Positions 12,012 to 25,024 of a stretch of 64,000 bases of DNA are shown here, piece by piece (position 1 is the stretch's first letter; every line of letters starts with the position of its first letter). The stretch is taken from contig NC_091474.1 of the NCBI RefSeq assembly GCF_036971445.1, positions 80,228,001 to 80,292,000 on the forward strand, written 5' to 3'. Made by a program: the position numbers and the translations under genes. The stretch comes from Narcine bancroftii. Lineage: Eukaryota. A model generated the notes under the pieces. It did no database searches and was not told where the DNA came from. It saw only the letters and a list, made by a program, of their open reading frames with translations.

Positions 12012-12190
12012 GTGTAAAACACAAAAGTCTGCAGATTCCATCGTCAAAGTAAAATCACAGTGCTGGAGAAACTCATCAGGACAAACTTTGATGAAGGACT
12101 CAACCCCGAAACTTTGGTTATGTAATTTTATCTTTGTTATATGAAGACCACTGTTTGACCTGCTGAATTCTCCAGCTTCATGTTTTGACT
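12012..12190. mobile_element. Short Penelope-like fold-back repeat
   Basis: gctggagaaactca(t)cagg ... cctgctgaattctccagc inverted arms enclosing ttgatgaaggactcaaccccgaaac. Confidence 0.55.
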
Positions 12191-12405
12191 GAAATAATCT
12201 TTGTCTTCAGCTTGTTCATAATCCCCAATTTGTTTTCAGGAGACAAACCTTTTGGAAAAAAAAATTGTTGTCCAATGTAAGGTAGTGTTCATTTTGGAAG
12301 GGGGAATGGGACAGACTGAAGTTCCAATGCATAAAATTTTGCATTCTAATGGACAGTTCAATTTACACTATTGTTGAATTGATCTGAAAATAACTTTTTT
12401 CAATT

Positions 12406-12424
12406 TGTCACTAGATGGCGCCAG
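12406..12424 (+). promoter_or_regulatory. Candidate CTCF site
   Basis: TGTCACTAGATGGCGCCAG closely matches the CTCF core CCASYAGRKGGCRS and sits in AT-rich unique sequence. Confidence 0.6.
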
Positions 12425-12675
12425 AGTCTCAAGGCAAGAAATCTATCATTGATGTTCACTGTCATTGCCACAGGTCTCAGTGTGTTTATTAATCTTCTGA
12501 TAATCTCAGTAGAACACAAAGGTATCCAGGACAGGAATTGAGATCAAAAGTACAACGTGCTTTGTGTCAAGCAAATATGCACACGCTGGGATTTGAGAGA
12601 GGATCTCATTTAAAGGTATTGATAGTCTTTATTTTTCAGATGACCTCTCTCGAAATGTCAAGAAGTGGTTGAGTG

Positions 12676-15600
12676 GGGAGGAGTCACGTGATGGAGTAGT
12701 GGCCGGTCGGGTAAAACCAGCCCTCTCCAGAAAAAAAGAAAAAAAGTCAAGAAAAGACAAAGTTCAACAAATATAAAATATAAGAAATAAAAGGTAAAGT
12801 TGCAGAGAAGAGAAAGAAGATGGCACCCAAGAAGGAAAAAGTAAAAACAACAGGAAAAAAAAGTTACCGGAAAAGAAAGAAGAAGGCCTTACCTGCACAA
12901 GGGAACAGGGAGCTGTGGTGGCGAAGAATGCCTGTTCTCCGAGGTTGGTGTCGGCCCTGCGGAGTCGCGACCCCCCCCCCCCACCGGTAGACTGCAAAAA
13001 TGGCTCTCTGAGCCAAACAGGAGTCGCGCACGAACAGTGCGCAATCTAAGTTAAAAGAAAACACCGATGGGAGGGGGGCTCAGCCGAGGAGCGGGCGACC
13101 AGCTGAGGGACGACCGACACCAGGGCGTTAAAAAAAGTTTGGAAGAGAATAACCATCACTGTGAAATCAGTTGACGCTTGCAAACAGGATTGGAATCCAA
13201 ATGGAAAGGGGAGTTGTGGTTGCCTTGCAAGGGTTAAAGGGCCAAATTTATGGTTAAATCAATGCAGGAAATGGAAATTTGGGAATCATATATGGATATA
13301 TGGAGGAGGCAGCACCCAAGAGAGAAGGAATATACATATTATTTGAGTAGGCATAAAACATACTCAAGGATTGATATGTTTTTGTTGTCAGCCCATATTC
13401 AAGGGAGAGTTAGGAAAACTGAGTATAAAGCTAGACCACTATCAGATCATTCACCCCTGTTATTAGCAATAGAACTGGAGGACATCCCACCAAGAACATA
13501 TAGATGGAGGTTAAACTCCATGCTACTTAAAAGGCAGGAATTTAGAGAGTTTATTGAATGCCAAATTTTGAAATAAACACAGAATCAGTGAAAGACAAAT
13601 TTATATTATGGGATGCAATGAAAGCCTTCATTAGAGGGCAGATAATAAGTTATGTAAATAAGATGAAAAAGGACTACAATCGGGAAATAAAGCAGTTGGA
13701 AAGGGAGATAGTAAGTACAGAAAAGGGATGATATAACAAAAAGGAGAGAATTGGTGAACAAAAAAATAAAATACGAAACATTACAAATGTACAAAGTGGA
13801 GAAGAACATAATGAAAATAAAGCAAAAGTATTATGAACTGGGAGAAAAAGCACATAAAATATTAGACTGGTAACTTAAAACAGAACAAGCTAAAAAACAC
13901 TGTATTAGCATCAAGGAAAAAGGACAAAAAAATTACATATAACTCAATAGAGATTAATGAGAACTTTAAGGATTTTTATGAATAATTATACCAGAATAGA
14001 AGAATTTTTAGCTAAAATTGAACTACCTAAATTGCAAGAAGAGGAACAAAACAAACTAATAAAACCATTTGAAATAGAGGAAGTACAGGATATATTAAAA
14101 AAGCTGCCAAACAATAAAATGCCAGGAGAGGATGGATTCCCAATAGAATTCTATAAAACATTTAAAGAGTTATTAATTCCTCCTCTCCTGGAGGTAATGA
14201 ACCTGATAGAAGAAACACAAAACTTGTCAGATTCATGTAAGACAGCAATAATAAGACAGCAGTAAAACAAGATCAAACTGGATTTATTAATAAAAGATGA
14301 ACAGCGGACAATGTCTGTAAACTTATTAATTTAATTCATGCAGTTCAAGAAAATAAGATGCCAACAGTGGCTATAGCTTTAGACACAGAAGATGCCTTTG
14401 ACAGAGTAGAATGGAACTATTTATTTAAAGTATTACAGAGGTTCAATCTACCAGAAAAATACATTAATTGGATTAAAGCATTATATAATGGACTATTGGC
14501 GAAGGTAACAGTAAATGGATATGTATCGAGTCACTTTAAATTAAGTAGGCCAACTAGACAGGGATGTCCACTATCCCCCTCATTGTTCGCCTTAGCAATA
14601 GAACCATTAGCAGAACTGATAAGAACAGAAAATAAAATAAAAGGGATAAAAATAAAGGAGCAGGAGTATAAAATCATCTTATTTGCAGATGACATCATAG
14701 TATACCATACAGAACCAGAGAAATATCGGGGTACAAGATCAACGCAAATAAAAGTGAAGTGATGCCAATGAGTAACGCGGATTATACAGAATTTAAAAAA
14801 GAATCGCCATTTAAATGGCAAACACAAGCAATCCGATACCTAGGTATTAGGTTAGATAATAACTTAAGCAACCTGTACAAACTAAATTATCAGCCACTAA
14901 TAAAGAAATTGCAGGAAGACTTAGAACATTGGAAAGAATTACTGCTAACGTTGATAGGGAGGGTAAATTGCATTAAAATAAATGTCTTCCCAAGGATACA
15001 ATACTTATTTCAATAGTTGCCAATTCCCTTAACAGAGAAATTCTTTAATGAACTAAAGAGAATAATAAGGAAATTCTTGTGGAAAGGGGGGAAACCGAGG
15101 GTAGCGTTAGATAAATATAACCAAGGTGGTTTGCAGTTACCAAACTTTAAAAATTATTATAGAGCCGCACAATTAAGGTATTTATCAGATTTTTACCAGA
15201 CAAGGGAAAAACCAGACTGGACTAAGATAGAACTAGATAAAATAGAGGAGAAGGTACCGGAACATATACTTTATAAGTGGGATGAAAAGATGGTGCAATA
15301 TAAAAGCTCACCAGTATTGCATAATTTACTTAATATATGGAAGAAGATCCACTTAGAAAGGAAAAAAAATGAATTAACAAATACCAAAATTGTTATTGAC
15401 ACAAAACCCACTAATCACTTTTACAATAGATAATGTTTCCTTTAGAGAATGGGAGAGAAAAGGAATCAAAAGAATAGAAAATTGTTTTTTAGGAAATAAT
15501 TTATTAACATTTGAACAGTTGAAGTACAAATATGGAATAACTCATGGTACAATGTTTGCATATCATCAACTGAAAGCTTATTTAAAGGATAAATTGGGAA

Positions 15601-16609
15601 ACAAATTGAGATTACCAGAAGGAAGTAGCTTTGAATATGTGATTACAGACAGAATGATAATTAAAAGATTTATAATGAACATGCACATTAAGCTGAAGAT
15701 AAGGAAAATGATGAAATAAGCTATAAACCTAAACAAAAGTGGGTAAAGTATTTAAACATAAAGATAAAAAATGAAGCATGGGAAAAGTTATGTTCTGGAA
15801 CTATGGAGAATACAATAAACACAAGGTTACACATGATACAGTATAATTGGTTACACAGATTATATATCATGCCTCAAAAGTTAAAAGAATGGGATCCAAC
15901 ATTATCAGATAGATGTTTTTGCTGTAAGAAAGAAATGGGAACAACATTACATACAATTTGGGCATGTACAAAAGTGAAAATGTTTTGGGAAGATCTAAAT
16001 CAGATATTAAATAAAATCACAAAAAATAACACCAAAAAATCCAGAGATCTTTCTTCTAAGTAACATAAGAAGTAAGGAATTAGGCCTCAAATTGGATAAA
16101 GCGCAAAAAAGATTTATTATGATAGCCTTAGCAGTAGCAAAGAAATGTATAATGTCAACTTGGAAAATGGAAGAGAGACTGAGAATACAACAATGGTACA
16201 TGGAAATGAATAAATGTATTCCATTGGAAAAAATAACATATAATTTAAAAAATAAAGTCACATTATGAACAAATTTGGGAATCATACATGGAGCATAACA
16301 GAGAGAGCTTGCCTCAGACCTCCACCCATAAAATGATAAGAAGACAAAATGACTTGATCCAGTGTGTATAAGTAGATGACACATTTTTCTTGTTTATTTT
16401 TCATTGTGTGAAGACATTGTTTAATGGTTTTATTGTGTTGTATATGTTGAATATTTATTGGTTTTGGAGTGGGTGGGAAGGGGGGAGGGAGGGTAGGCAG
16501 AAAAAAAAGGGAGAAAATGCCACTGTGTATATTTAATGAGAAACGTTTGTATATATTTTGGTTGATATGGTTCACAGTGTGAAAAATAAAAAAATTATTT
16601 GAAAAAAAT
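12676..16609 (+). mobile_element. L1-clade LINE with both ends present, internally deleted, ORF2 pseudogenised
   Basis: 13-bp TSD AAGTGGTTGAGTG (12663-12675 and 16610-16622). The 5' end matches the L1 at 62434. Frameshifted fragments of the endonuclease (YSRIDMFLLS, LSDHSPL), RT (RQGCPLSPSLF, LFADDII) and C-terminal Cys/His region (CFCC...LHTIWAC) are present, with an A-rich tail. Most of ORF1 and the endonuclease N-terminus are missing near 13130-13200. Confidence 0.93.
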
Positions 16610-16984
16610 AAGTGGTTGAGTGTGCACTCTCCTCAGTGGTACCCCATAGCTATGGTAGCACAGCACCAACAAGAGCTGTCAATTTAGAGCTCTGTACTTA
16701 GGAACACCTGCAGATCAGTGGCCATTTTGTCCCAGGTGATTTTTGTTTCCAAAATGCAAAGGAAAAGTTGTCCAGTTGGTTCTTTAACCAGTCTCCATAG
16801 TCATCTTCTGTACCTGCAGCATCAATGTGTGATGTGAGTGAAAATTTAGACAAAGAAATGCACACGGTGGATAGCTAAAACAAAGACAAAATGATGGAAA
16901 TACAGCAGGTCAGGAACCATCAGTGGGGAAAGAAATGATCAGTGTTTCAGGGCAATCAGTGTTAATTTAAAATTTTAATTTAAT

Positions 16985-17355
16985 TAAATTTTACAGCACG
17001 GTAACAGACCCTTTCATCACACGAGCTGGTGCTGCCCAATTACACCCGAATGACCTACAACCCCAGTACGTTTTGAAGGGTAGGAGGAAACCAGAGTACC
17101 CGGAGGAAACCCACACAGACACCAGGAGATCGTACAAACTCCTGCCAGACAGCATGGGTTTCGAACCCCTGTCCAGATCGCAGGCGATGTAATAGCTTTG
17201 TGCCAGAGGTGCAGTGCAAACTTTTTAAAGTGCTGGAGCTCATCAAAAACGGCAACAAGGACGTTCTAGAGCCGCCCCATGAGGTGCCGGAGCTGCGCTC
17301 CGGTGAGGTCTGGCAACACTGCACCCCTGAATTGCACTAACCACTACGCTACCCA
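16985..17355 (-). mobile_element. HE1/V-SINE-like SINE interrupted by a MITE
   Basis: Well-preserved central domain (ggaggaaaccagagtacccggaggaaacccacacagacac on the plus strand). Confidence 0.8.
17204..17329. mobile_element. 126-bp hAT-like MITE nested in a SINE
   Basis: TIRs CAGAGGTGCAGTG and CACTGCACCCCTG. The 8-bp flanks ctttgtgc and aattgcac are compatible with a decayed TSD. Confidence 0.6.
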
Positions 17356-18627
17356 CCCTAAATAAAAACTAATCCTATTGGCTGTGATAGCAATGAAAAG
17401 TGGAAAAAATGGGAAGATGAGAAAGGCAGAGCATGGATGAGAACAGGGTGATTACCTGTGAAAGGCTGCATGCGAGAACTGTATTAGTGACTATCAGAGT
17501 TACGTTGAATACTATCCAGAAATATGCTGACAATGACCAATGAATGAAGCTTAAGACAAAGGTTAGGACGGTGGTGATAGGAAGCATTAAAGCAACTCGA
17601 GACTGCTCATGGTGGTCCTTGCAGATGAAACGGATGCTTTATAAAGTGGTTACTGCCACATCCTGAATATTGAATGTAGTACGTTAAATTGGAAGAAATA
17701 TAAGTGAATTGCTGCTTCAACTGGAAGGATAGTTTGGCTCCATGAATGGTTTCAAGATGAAAGGTAAAATGGCATGTACTGACTGGGAAAGTGCCCTGAA
17801 ATGTTGAGTGGTAATGGAATTTGGTCTGGAAGTCGTGAAAGAATCAATCCTTTCAGATGCATCCGGTGATGGGATCGCATTGATGGGCGCGAAAATTAAA
17901 TAGGATGTTCGACGAAATGTAACAGCCTGGTGGTATGGAAGTTAAGGTCAAGAAGAAACACTTGTTTGAAGGAAGCCACATTTAATGGGGGGTAAAAAAA
18001 AAAACATCTTGAGGGTGCTAATGTGGAAGGGTTCAACATAAGGTATGATAGAGTATGACAAACAGAATGGTCTGGAATATTTGCAAGGCAGGAGGAAGGG
18101 TATTTAAAACAGTTATTGGAAGCTAACCTGTCACGGAGATGGCAAGTGAAGGGAATGGACCCTATGAAAATTTGAATAGGGTGGAATTTTGTAATAAAAG
18201 TAAATTTAAATTTAAAGGTAACAGGTCCTTTCAGCCCATGAGCCTTTGCTGCCCCAATTACACCAATTGACCGACAACCCCCTATACATTTTGAACTTTG
18301 TCGCAAAACTTTTGATTTCTATTTGTGTAGGAGCGGCTCTATAATTAATGTAATTGGAGAGATGTTGAGGGAAAGATGATGATATGACTGAAATTGGGAC
18401 AGTTCCAAATATTCACTCTACAGGCACAGGTTTGGCCATAGAAGTTCCTATAACTATATCTTTTGTAAACAGAGAGGAAAGCTGCTGGGGATCAGACTGG
18501 CTGCTTTTTGGCAAAGCATACTGGGTATAGATCAATCTATACAGAGAAAATAATTTCCTAAAATCTGGTTCATACAGATCTGCTCTCAATACTGTAAGAA
18601 CTTGGGGGAAGAAAAGTAATCCCAGAG

Positions 18628-18865
18628 GGTGGCAAAGTTAGCGAAGCACAATGCTGTTACAGCACCAGTGGCCAGTGTTCAAAACTGGGGCTATCTGTAA
18701 GGACTTTGTTCGTTCTCTCCATGTCTGCATAGGTGTCTTCCAGGTGCTCTGGTTTCCTCCCTCCCTTGAAAACATACCGGGGTTGTAAGTCAGTTGGATG
18801 TAATTAGGCGGTACGGGTTTATGGGCTGAAAGGCCCTTTTAGCGTACTGTATATCAAATATTTAA
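18628..18865 (+). mobile_element. HE1/V-SINE-like SINE
   Basis: Degenerate tRNA-like head, central gttctctccatgtctgc...ggtttcctccc domain and AT-rich tail. Confidence 0.7.
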
Positions 18866-19432
18866 AATCTGTGCATGGTCAGATTCAGGGGCCTTTTGGC
18901 AGGTTGTATCTGATGTTTCACAAGAGCAAGAGATATCTGAATTGATGTTTATAAATTATCAATCTCTGTTTAAGGATGTTTTGTGTAGATTTTATCAAGT
19001 TCTCAGTAAATGGTATGTGTGCCTTTCTGGATCCATTTTCCCTGAGATTTTCAATGTCCAGAAGAACACATTAATGAAACAGGAAGTTCCATCCTGATTT
19101 AGCAGTTGCTTCAGATTTAGGATTGTCTCATCAAATTTCAACTGGAAGGTAATGAGAAGGGTAAGATCATACATCCAGGTTCATTCAATCACTGCATCAT
19201 TCAACGACTTCAATAACATTAGTTTTCTCCACCATTCTTTGTTATTATTCCATGGATATGGCCAACTGAAGGGTTTTCTGAAATCCCTTGTGTCTTCCAA
19301 GAGGGTATTGCCCAGTCATGGGATTCTTTGAAATATAAACAAAGTATTGGAGTACAAAGAAGAATTATTACGAAGGATAGGTGTCTTTTGAAAAATATCT
19401 CAGTAATCAGACAAAGATTCATGGATCCTGCC

Positions 19433-19597
19433 TCATATTGTTCCCTCCAACAGGATGTTGGTAACACGCTTCATCCTCCAGATCACTAGAGCAGCAGTTG
19501 GCAGCACCATCATGCAGCTCATTATTAATATGGTTGCCAGGATCACCAGGACAATGGTCCAGACTTCCAAGACGTATGTTGGAATCATTTGCTCCAT
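19433..19597 (-). CDS. SMIM3/NID67-family small integral membrane protein (54 aa)
   Basis: MEQMIPTYVLEVWTIVLVILATILIMSCMMVLPTAALVIWRMKRVTNILLEGTI* aligns almost gap-free with recalled human SMIM3 ([48 protein letters not shown]). Kozak context is aagATGG, and an acceptor ttttgtattttccag lies 37 nt upstream of the ATG (exon starts at 19634). The symbol is left blank because orthology versus paralogy is unresolved. Confidence 0.88.
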   Translation of the reverse strand: MEQMIPTYVLEVWTIVLVILATILIMSCMMVLPTAALVIWRMKRVTNILLEGTI

Positions 19598-19939
19598 CTT
19601 TCCCTTCACTGGGACAATGCTATGTTAGTAACACCTGGAAAATACAAAATAGATTTAGATGAAGGAAATAATTTGATCCATCATGGTAGAATATTATTGT
19701 TGTTTAGCCAACTATTCCTGGATTAAATAATCATTTTTATTTAATAAATTTAATTAATAGTTAACTGATTTGTCTATTTTGTTCATTAAACATTTCCAAT
19801 TTACTCAAATACAACATTTTTGGATATGCATTGAGCTACATTTGTTTATTTTTTATTTGAATTTAAAAAAAATTTGATTCAGGCAAATTCCAATAATTAA
19901 TCAATGAAAATCTATTAAATTTGTTTTGACAAGTTAAAC

Positions 19940-20825
19940 AGAATCAGGTTTATTGTCATGAACATGTCATGAAATCTGTTTCTTTGTGGCAGCATCACAG
20001 ATGTATTTATTGCTATAAATTACATTAAAAAATACTTTAGTGCAAAAAGAAGATAAAGTGAGGTAATGTCTGGTACATTGCCCGTTCAGAAATCTGCTGG
20101 TGGAGTTGTACCATTGGGTGTTCATCTCCAGGGTCCTGGTCCTCCTTCCTGATGGTAGCAGTGTGAAGAGGGAATAGACTTGAGGATAGAGCCTGCTTTC
20201 TTGAGACATTGCCTCTTGTAGATATCCTTGGTGGAGTGTAGACTGATGCCCAAGATGCTGCTGTGTCAGTTCACAGCTCTCATCTTTTCCTGTCCTGTGC
20301 ATTGGCATCTGCATACCAGACAGTGATGCAATCAGTCAGAATGTTCTCCATGGTATATCTGTAGAAATTTGCAAGAATCTTTGGTGACAGACCAAATCTC
20401 CTTAAAGTTTTCATGAAATATAACGAATGGGGAACCTTCTTCCTGATTGTATCGACATGGAGGCCCGAATGATAAATCTTCAGAGATGTTGAGACCCAAT
20501 TTAAAGTTCTTAACCCTTTTCACTATAGACTCCTTGATGAGGACTGGTTTGTGTTCTCCTGATGTATCCACCCCCCCCCCCCCCCCCCCGAAGTCCACAA
20601 TCAGCTCCTTAGTTTTGCTAACGTTGAATGCAAGGTTGTTGTTGTGACACCGTTCAACAAGCTGATCTATCTCCTTCCTGTAATCTTCCTCATTGCCGCT
20701 GTGATTCTGCCAACAACCATGGTGTCATTAGCAAATTTGCAGATGGCATGAGCCACGCGGTCATGGATGTAGAACAAGTAGAGCAGTGAGCTAAGCATGC
20801 ATCCTTGAGGTGCATCTGTGTTGAT
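19940..20825 (-). mobile_element. Rex1/Babar-type LINE 3' fragment
   Basis: Degenerate VKRVKNFKLGLNISEDL and LFTLLPSGRR motifs, plus a tail with aataaa. Confidence 0.75.
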
Positions 20826-20897
20826 TAAATGCTATAGCTAATTAATTAGCATTTATCGGTCCAAAACAATAACATAGCCAAGAGTGCAGCTGCTATA

Positions 20898-21209
20898 CAG
20901 GTGCTCCTCGACTTCCGGTGGCTCGACACAATTTTTCCAAGTTACGATGGTGGTGTTGGTGTGACCATCGTTTTTTGTTATCGCTCAACAGCTGATGGAT
21001 TGTTTGGCTGGTGCTATATTTTATGATTAAAAATTGTTTTTTTTTCAGTGTGGAATAAAACATTTAATTATAAAATAGGCTACAGTTTACCCAGCTGAGT
21101 GGTCTGAGCACATTTAAGGAAGGGTAGGCTCAGTATTCTTTGTCGATTTACGATTTTTCCACTTAGGATGGGTTTATCGAATGCCCCACAATAAGTAGAT
21201 GAGCTCCTG
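20898..21209. mobile_element. Tc1/mariner (Tigger/pogo-like) MITE
   Basis: TA on both flanks, with imperfect TIRs CAGGTGCTCCTCGACTT and AAGTAGATGAGCTCCTG. Confidence 0.7.
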
Positions 21210-22266
21210 TATGGATTTCTTTGAAGTCCCCCTGTGTTCCAATAATAAAACCTGCTAAAATAAGATCATTCAAAAGATAATGATCACAGAGCAGAGAATT
21301 TTATGCCCTAGGTGGATTTATTTAGATTAGATTCAGGATGAGAGAGGGGCTGAAGTTAGACAATCGTTTAGCCTTTAACAAACAAATTCAAAGTAAATCC
21401 ATTTTAAAAGTTTTTTTAAAAACATGTTTACTGATATACAATGTGGAATTTCGATTTGCCAAACAGAGCTCACAAAACAAATCTCCATACTCTGGCACCA
21501 TTTTGGATCCACAAAAAGAAAAGCCACTCTAATTAAAAAAGTTTTAATTCCTTGTTCTGGTTTTTCCCCACAGAGCAGATTTGTAGGAAATCTTTAAACC
21601 TGTATATGCTATTCTCTTTGTTTCCATGTGTGTGCTCATATTTAAAAGGAGAATCATGTGTGTGGCTCCCTTGTGTAATATAATGTTCACGTTTACTGTT
21701 ACAGGTACTAAGTTGCAGGGATAAAGTTTGTTTTGAGTGTAGTCCATTGTGTCATGTGGCATCCATCGGAGGTGAAGATATATTACTGATGTTTCCAGTC
21801 TGAGCCCTTCTTCACCAACCCTGAAATGTCGGTTATATCACTGCCTTTGGACACGGCGAGACCAGCTGAGTTCCTCCAGCATTTCTGTATTTTTACTACA
21901 ATCACAGCATCTGCAGATTTTTGTGTTTCACTCCCCTCTACAGAGGGAGATCAGTTGATACAGAGCAATAGCAACATAATTTTACAATTGAGAGGTTCAT
22001 TCAGGAGTCTGATAATGACAGGAAATAAACTGTCTTAGAATCTGGTAGTGTGCGTGACAGACATTGGTTTACACTCACAGATTAAAGACCCAGAATGTGT
22101 ATATTTTGTGTGCTGCCTTGTAAATAAACTAGTATCCTTTGATATATCCATATTAACAATGAATCTTTACCTTATCAACCTCATCTTAAAGATTTACAGT
22201 TACATCTGTCCTTCAGCTATTCGATGGAAGAAATACAATGCACTCTTTGCAACCTGTCTTTATAAG

Positions 22267-22492
22267 GGCAACACAGTTAGCGTAGCGGTTAGTGCAATGC
22301 TGTAACAGCCCTGTCTGTAAGGAGTTTGTACGTTCTCCCCATGTCTGTGTGGGTTTCCTCTGGGTGCTCTGTTTTCCTCAAACACTTCAAAAAAATACTA
22401 GGGGTCGTTGGACAATTGGGTTTAATTGGGTAGAATGGGTTCGTGGGCCAAAATGGCCTGTAACTGTGCTGAATGTCTAAATTTAAAAAAAA
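22267..22492 (+). mobile_element. HE1/V-SINE-like SINE
   Basis: ggagtttgtacgttctccccatgtctgtgtgggtttcctc central domain and A-rich tail. Confidence 0.8.
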
Positions 22493-23832
22493 AGCATTAT
22501 GTTCAAGGGGAGATAAAGAACATGATATGGGAAGAGTTGTGGGCATTGACTCCTCAACTCCCTGCTATTCAATAAGAGCATACTGATCTGATTTTGGACG
22601 GAGCTCGATTTGGACAGAGCTTGACTCCCATAACTGTTGGCTCCCTTGTATGCCTCAACCTTGAATATAATTCTTCACAGTTCTGAGGGGGAGAAAATTC
22701 TAAACATTCACCAAATGCTGGCAAATAGGATGAGCCCAGAACACTGTACTGGTTGGCATGGGACTAATTGGGCCAAGGACCTATTCTGTGTCTCTCTGAA
22801 TGGGTTGATGGATTCTGAAGGCAATTTAAATATTAAAAAAAAAGGCTATTAATTTTAGAATCAGTAACCTGAACCGGCAATATGGAATTGAGTGCTCAAC
22901 CCCTCCAACATTCTTTCATTTCTTTCAAATAACATTAAACACCAGCTTTATCACATAATTTTTGGCCTCTTTAGGGAATGTCATGCTTTCTTCCCTTCCT
23001 GTTGAGTTTTACCCTTCCCAGATTGACTCTGCTATAGCCCAATGTTGGCTGAGCAGAACTTTGATCTTTGATTGCTAATACTTAACCAAGAAGCGTATTC
23101 GTTTTCAGTAAATTCAAATATGGTAGGGATGAGAAACTGAGTAGTTCATCCTGGAGTGTTCGCAGCCATTAACTTCATCTCAACCTGACCTGGGGGGAGG
23201 GACCAGGCAGTGGCAAGCAGTGGGCTTGCACCATTCTGAGTCAGAAAGGCACCATGGCCTTTTTTTGAGTATATTATGGGCACTAATTATAACAAGAGGT
23301 TTAACAAAAGAGTTCATTGGAAATATGTTGGACCTAATCAGGAGAAATTCCATCTCGTTATTTAAAGCAGATTTAAGGTGGGAACTGCATAAGAATTTTG
23401 AAATTGGCCAAAGATTTCCCATCTATTGAAAAGATGTGTTGAGAGAAAAACAAGTTGCAGAAAGATCAAGAAAGTGCAACAAAATGCAGAGCTCCACAAA
23501 GATGCTGGCATCAACATGATCAAACAACCTTTCATTATGATGTATCATGCCATTAAGTCCAAATCAATTCCTTTTTCTTGGTATGATTTGCATTTATCAG
23601 GCACCATCCCCACCCCCAGAAAAGAGGGGAAATTGGATCATTGTTATTCAATAAGATTAGGCCATTTTACACAAAGCATCAACCACTCCAAACAGAACAC
23701 AAATAGAGCACAAGGATGTGACTGTGTACCTCTGCTGTGAGAAGAGTGGGCTGATTTTTCCTTGCAGAGTTTTTTTTTCAAAGCGGTATGTCAGAATAGC
23801 ATGAAAAATGTTTCAACCATTATCAACTTAAC

Positions 23833-23972
23833 CAGTGGTTCTCAACCTTTTCCTTTCCACTCACACACCACCTTAAGTAATCCCTTACAAGCCACAGAGC
23901 ACCTATGGCTATGGCTTAGTAAGGGATTACTTAAGGTGGTATGTGTGGAAAAGGAAAGGTTGAGATCCACTG
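23833..23972. mobile_element. Solo 140-bp hAT (Charlie-like) MITE
   Basis: TIRs CAGTGGTTCTCAACCT and AGGTTGAGATCCACTG. The element is near-palindromic throughout, with 8-bp flanks aacttaac and aactaagc. Confidence 0.85.
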
Positions 23973-24099
23973 AACTAAGCAGAGAGCAGGTTGAAGTTTT
24001 ATAAACCAACTGCTCCGTTTGCAGCAGAAAGCCAATCAAACAAAAGCAACAATATTTTGGAATTTTTATTCCTGGTTAAATGAATGACTGAAGCATCAG

Positions 24100-24560
24100 A
24101 ATTAGATTTTATTGTCATGAACAAGTCTTGAGATTCAGCATTTTGTGGCAGCGACATAGAGCAAACATTCATATTATAATCCTCTTACAACATTACTAAA
24201 AAAAAAATTAAAATAACTGCACAAAAGTAAAGCAGTGTCTTTGGTTCATTGATTATTCAGGAATCTGATGGCAGCGGGGAAGAAGCTGTCCTTGTGCCGC
24301 TGAGTGCTCGTCTTCAGGCTCCTGTATCTTTTTCCCCGATGGTAGCAGAGTGAAGAGGGCATGGCATGGGTGGAGGGGGTCTGTGAGGACAGAGGCTGCT
24401 TTCTTAAGACATCGCCTCATGCACATGTCCTCACTGGAGTGAAGTCCGGTGCCCGTGATGTCGCAGGCCGAGTTAGCAACCCTCTGGAGTTTATTCTTGT
24501 CCTGAGAATTGGCACCTCTATACCAGGCAGTAATGCAACTGGCCAGCATATTCCAGAACA
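24100..24560 (-). mobile_element. Rex1/Babar-type LINE 3' fragment
   Basis: Translates to CITAWYRGA...LQRVANSACDITG...HPCHALFTLLPSGK. Related fragments lie at ~25910-26245, ~26715-26990, ~27045-27560, ~44880-45190 and ~56365-56712. Confidence 0.8.
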
Positions 24561-24716
24561 TTAATTTTGACGATTAGTGGAACAGGAAAGTACCTTGCAG
24601 GAAAATATGAAAACGAAACTCCACCAAATAAAGGCAATGATAAGATAAGTTGACATTTCAAAGGGATGCTATCAGAAAAATCTAAAACCGTTAAACTCAC
24701 GAAATGTCTGCATATT

Positions 24717-25024
24717 CTTATGCCATCAGTGTTCTGTGATTAGTAAGAGATTGCTTAAGGTGGTATGTGGGTGGAAAGAAAAAGTTTGAAAACCACTGTT
24801 TTAATCATCCCTAATTGACTTGTTATGTGTACAGTTTCTAACTCGAAAAGAAATAGGCCAATGACAATTTTTCTCAACCAAAATTGGGTCTGGAGCAGTG
24901 ATTCTCAACCTATTTTCCCCACTCACCTACCACCTTAAGTAATCCCTTACTAATCACAGAGCACCTTTGCATAGAGATCACTTAAAGTGGTAAGTGAGTG
25001 GAAGAAAAAGTTTGAAAACCATTG
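24717..25024 (-). mobile_element. Compound hAT MITE (truncated unit + spacer + unit)
   Basis: Two copies of the 23833 unit, separated by the reverse complement of the spacer seen at ~51092-51204 and ~59476-59588. Confidence 0.75.
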
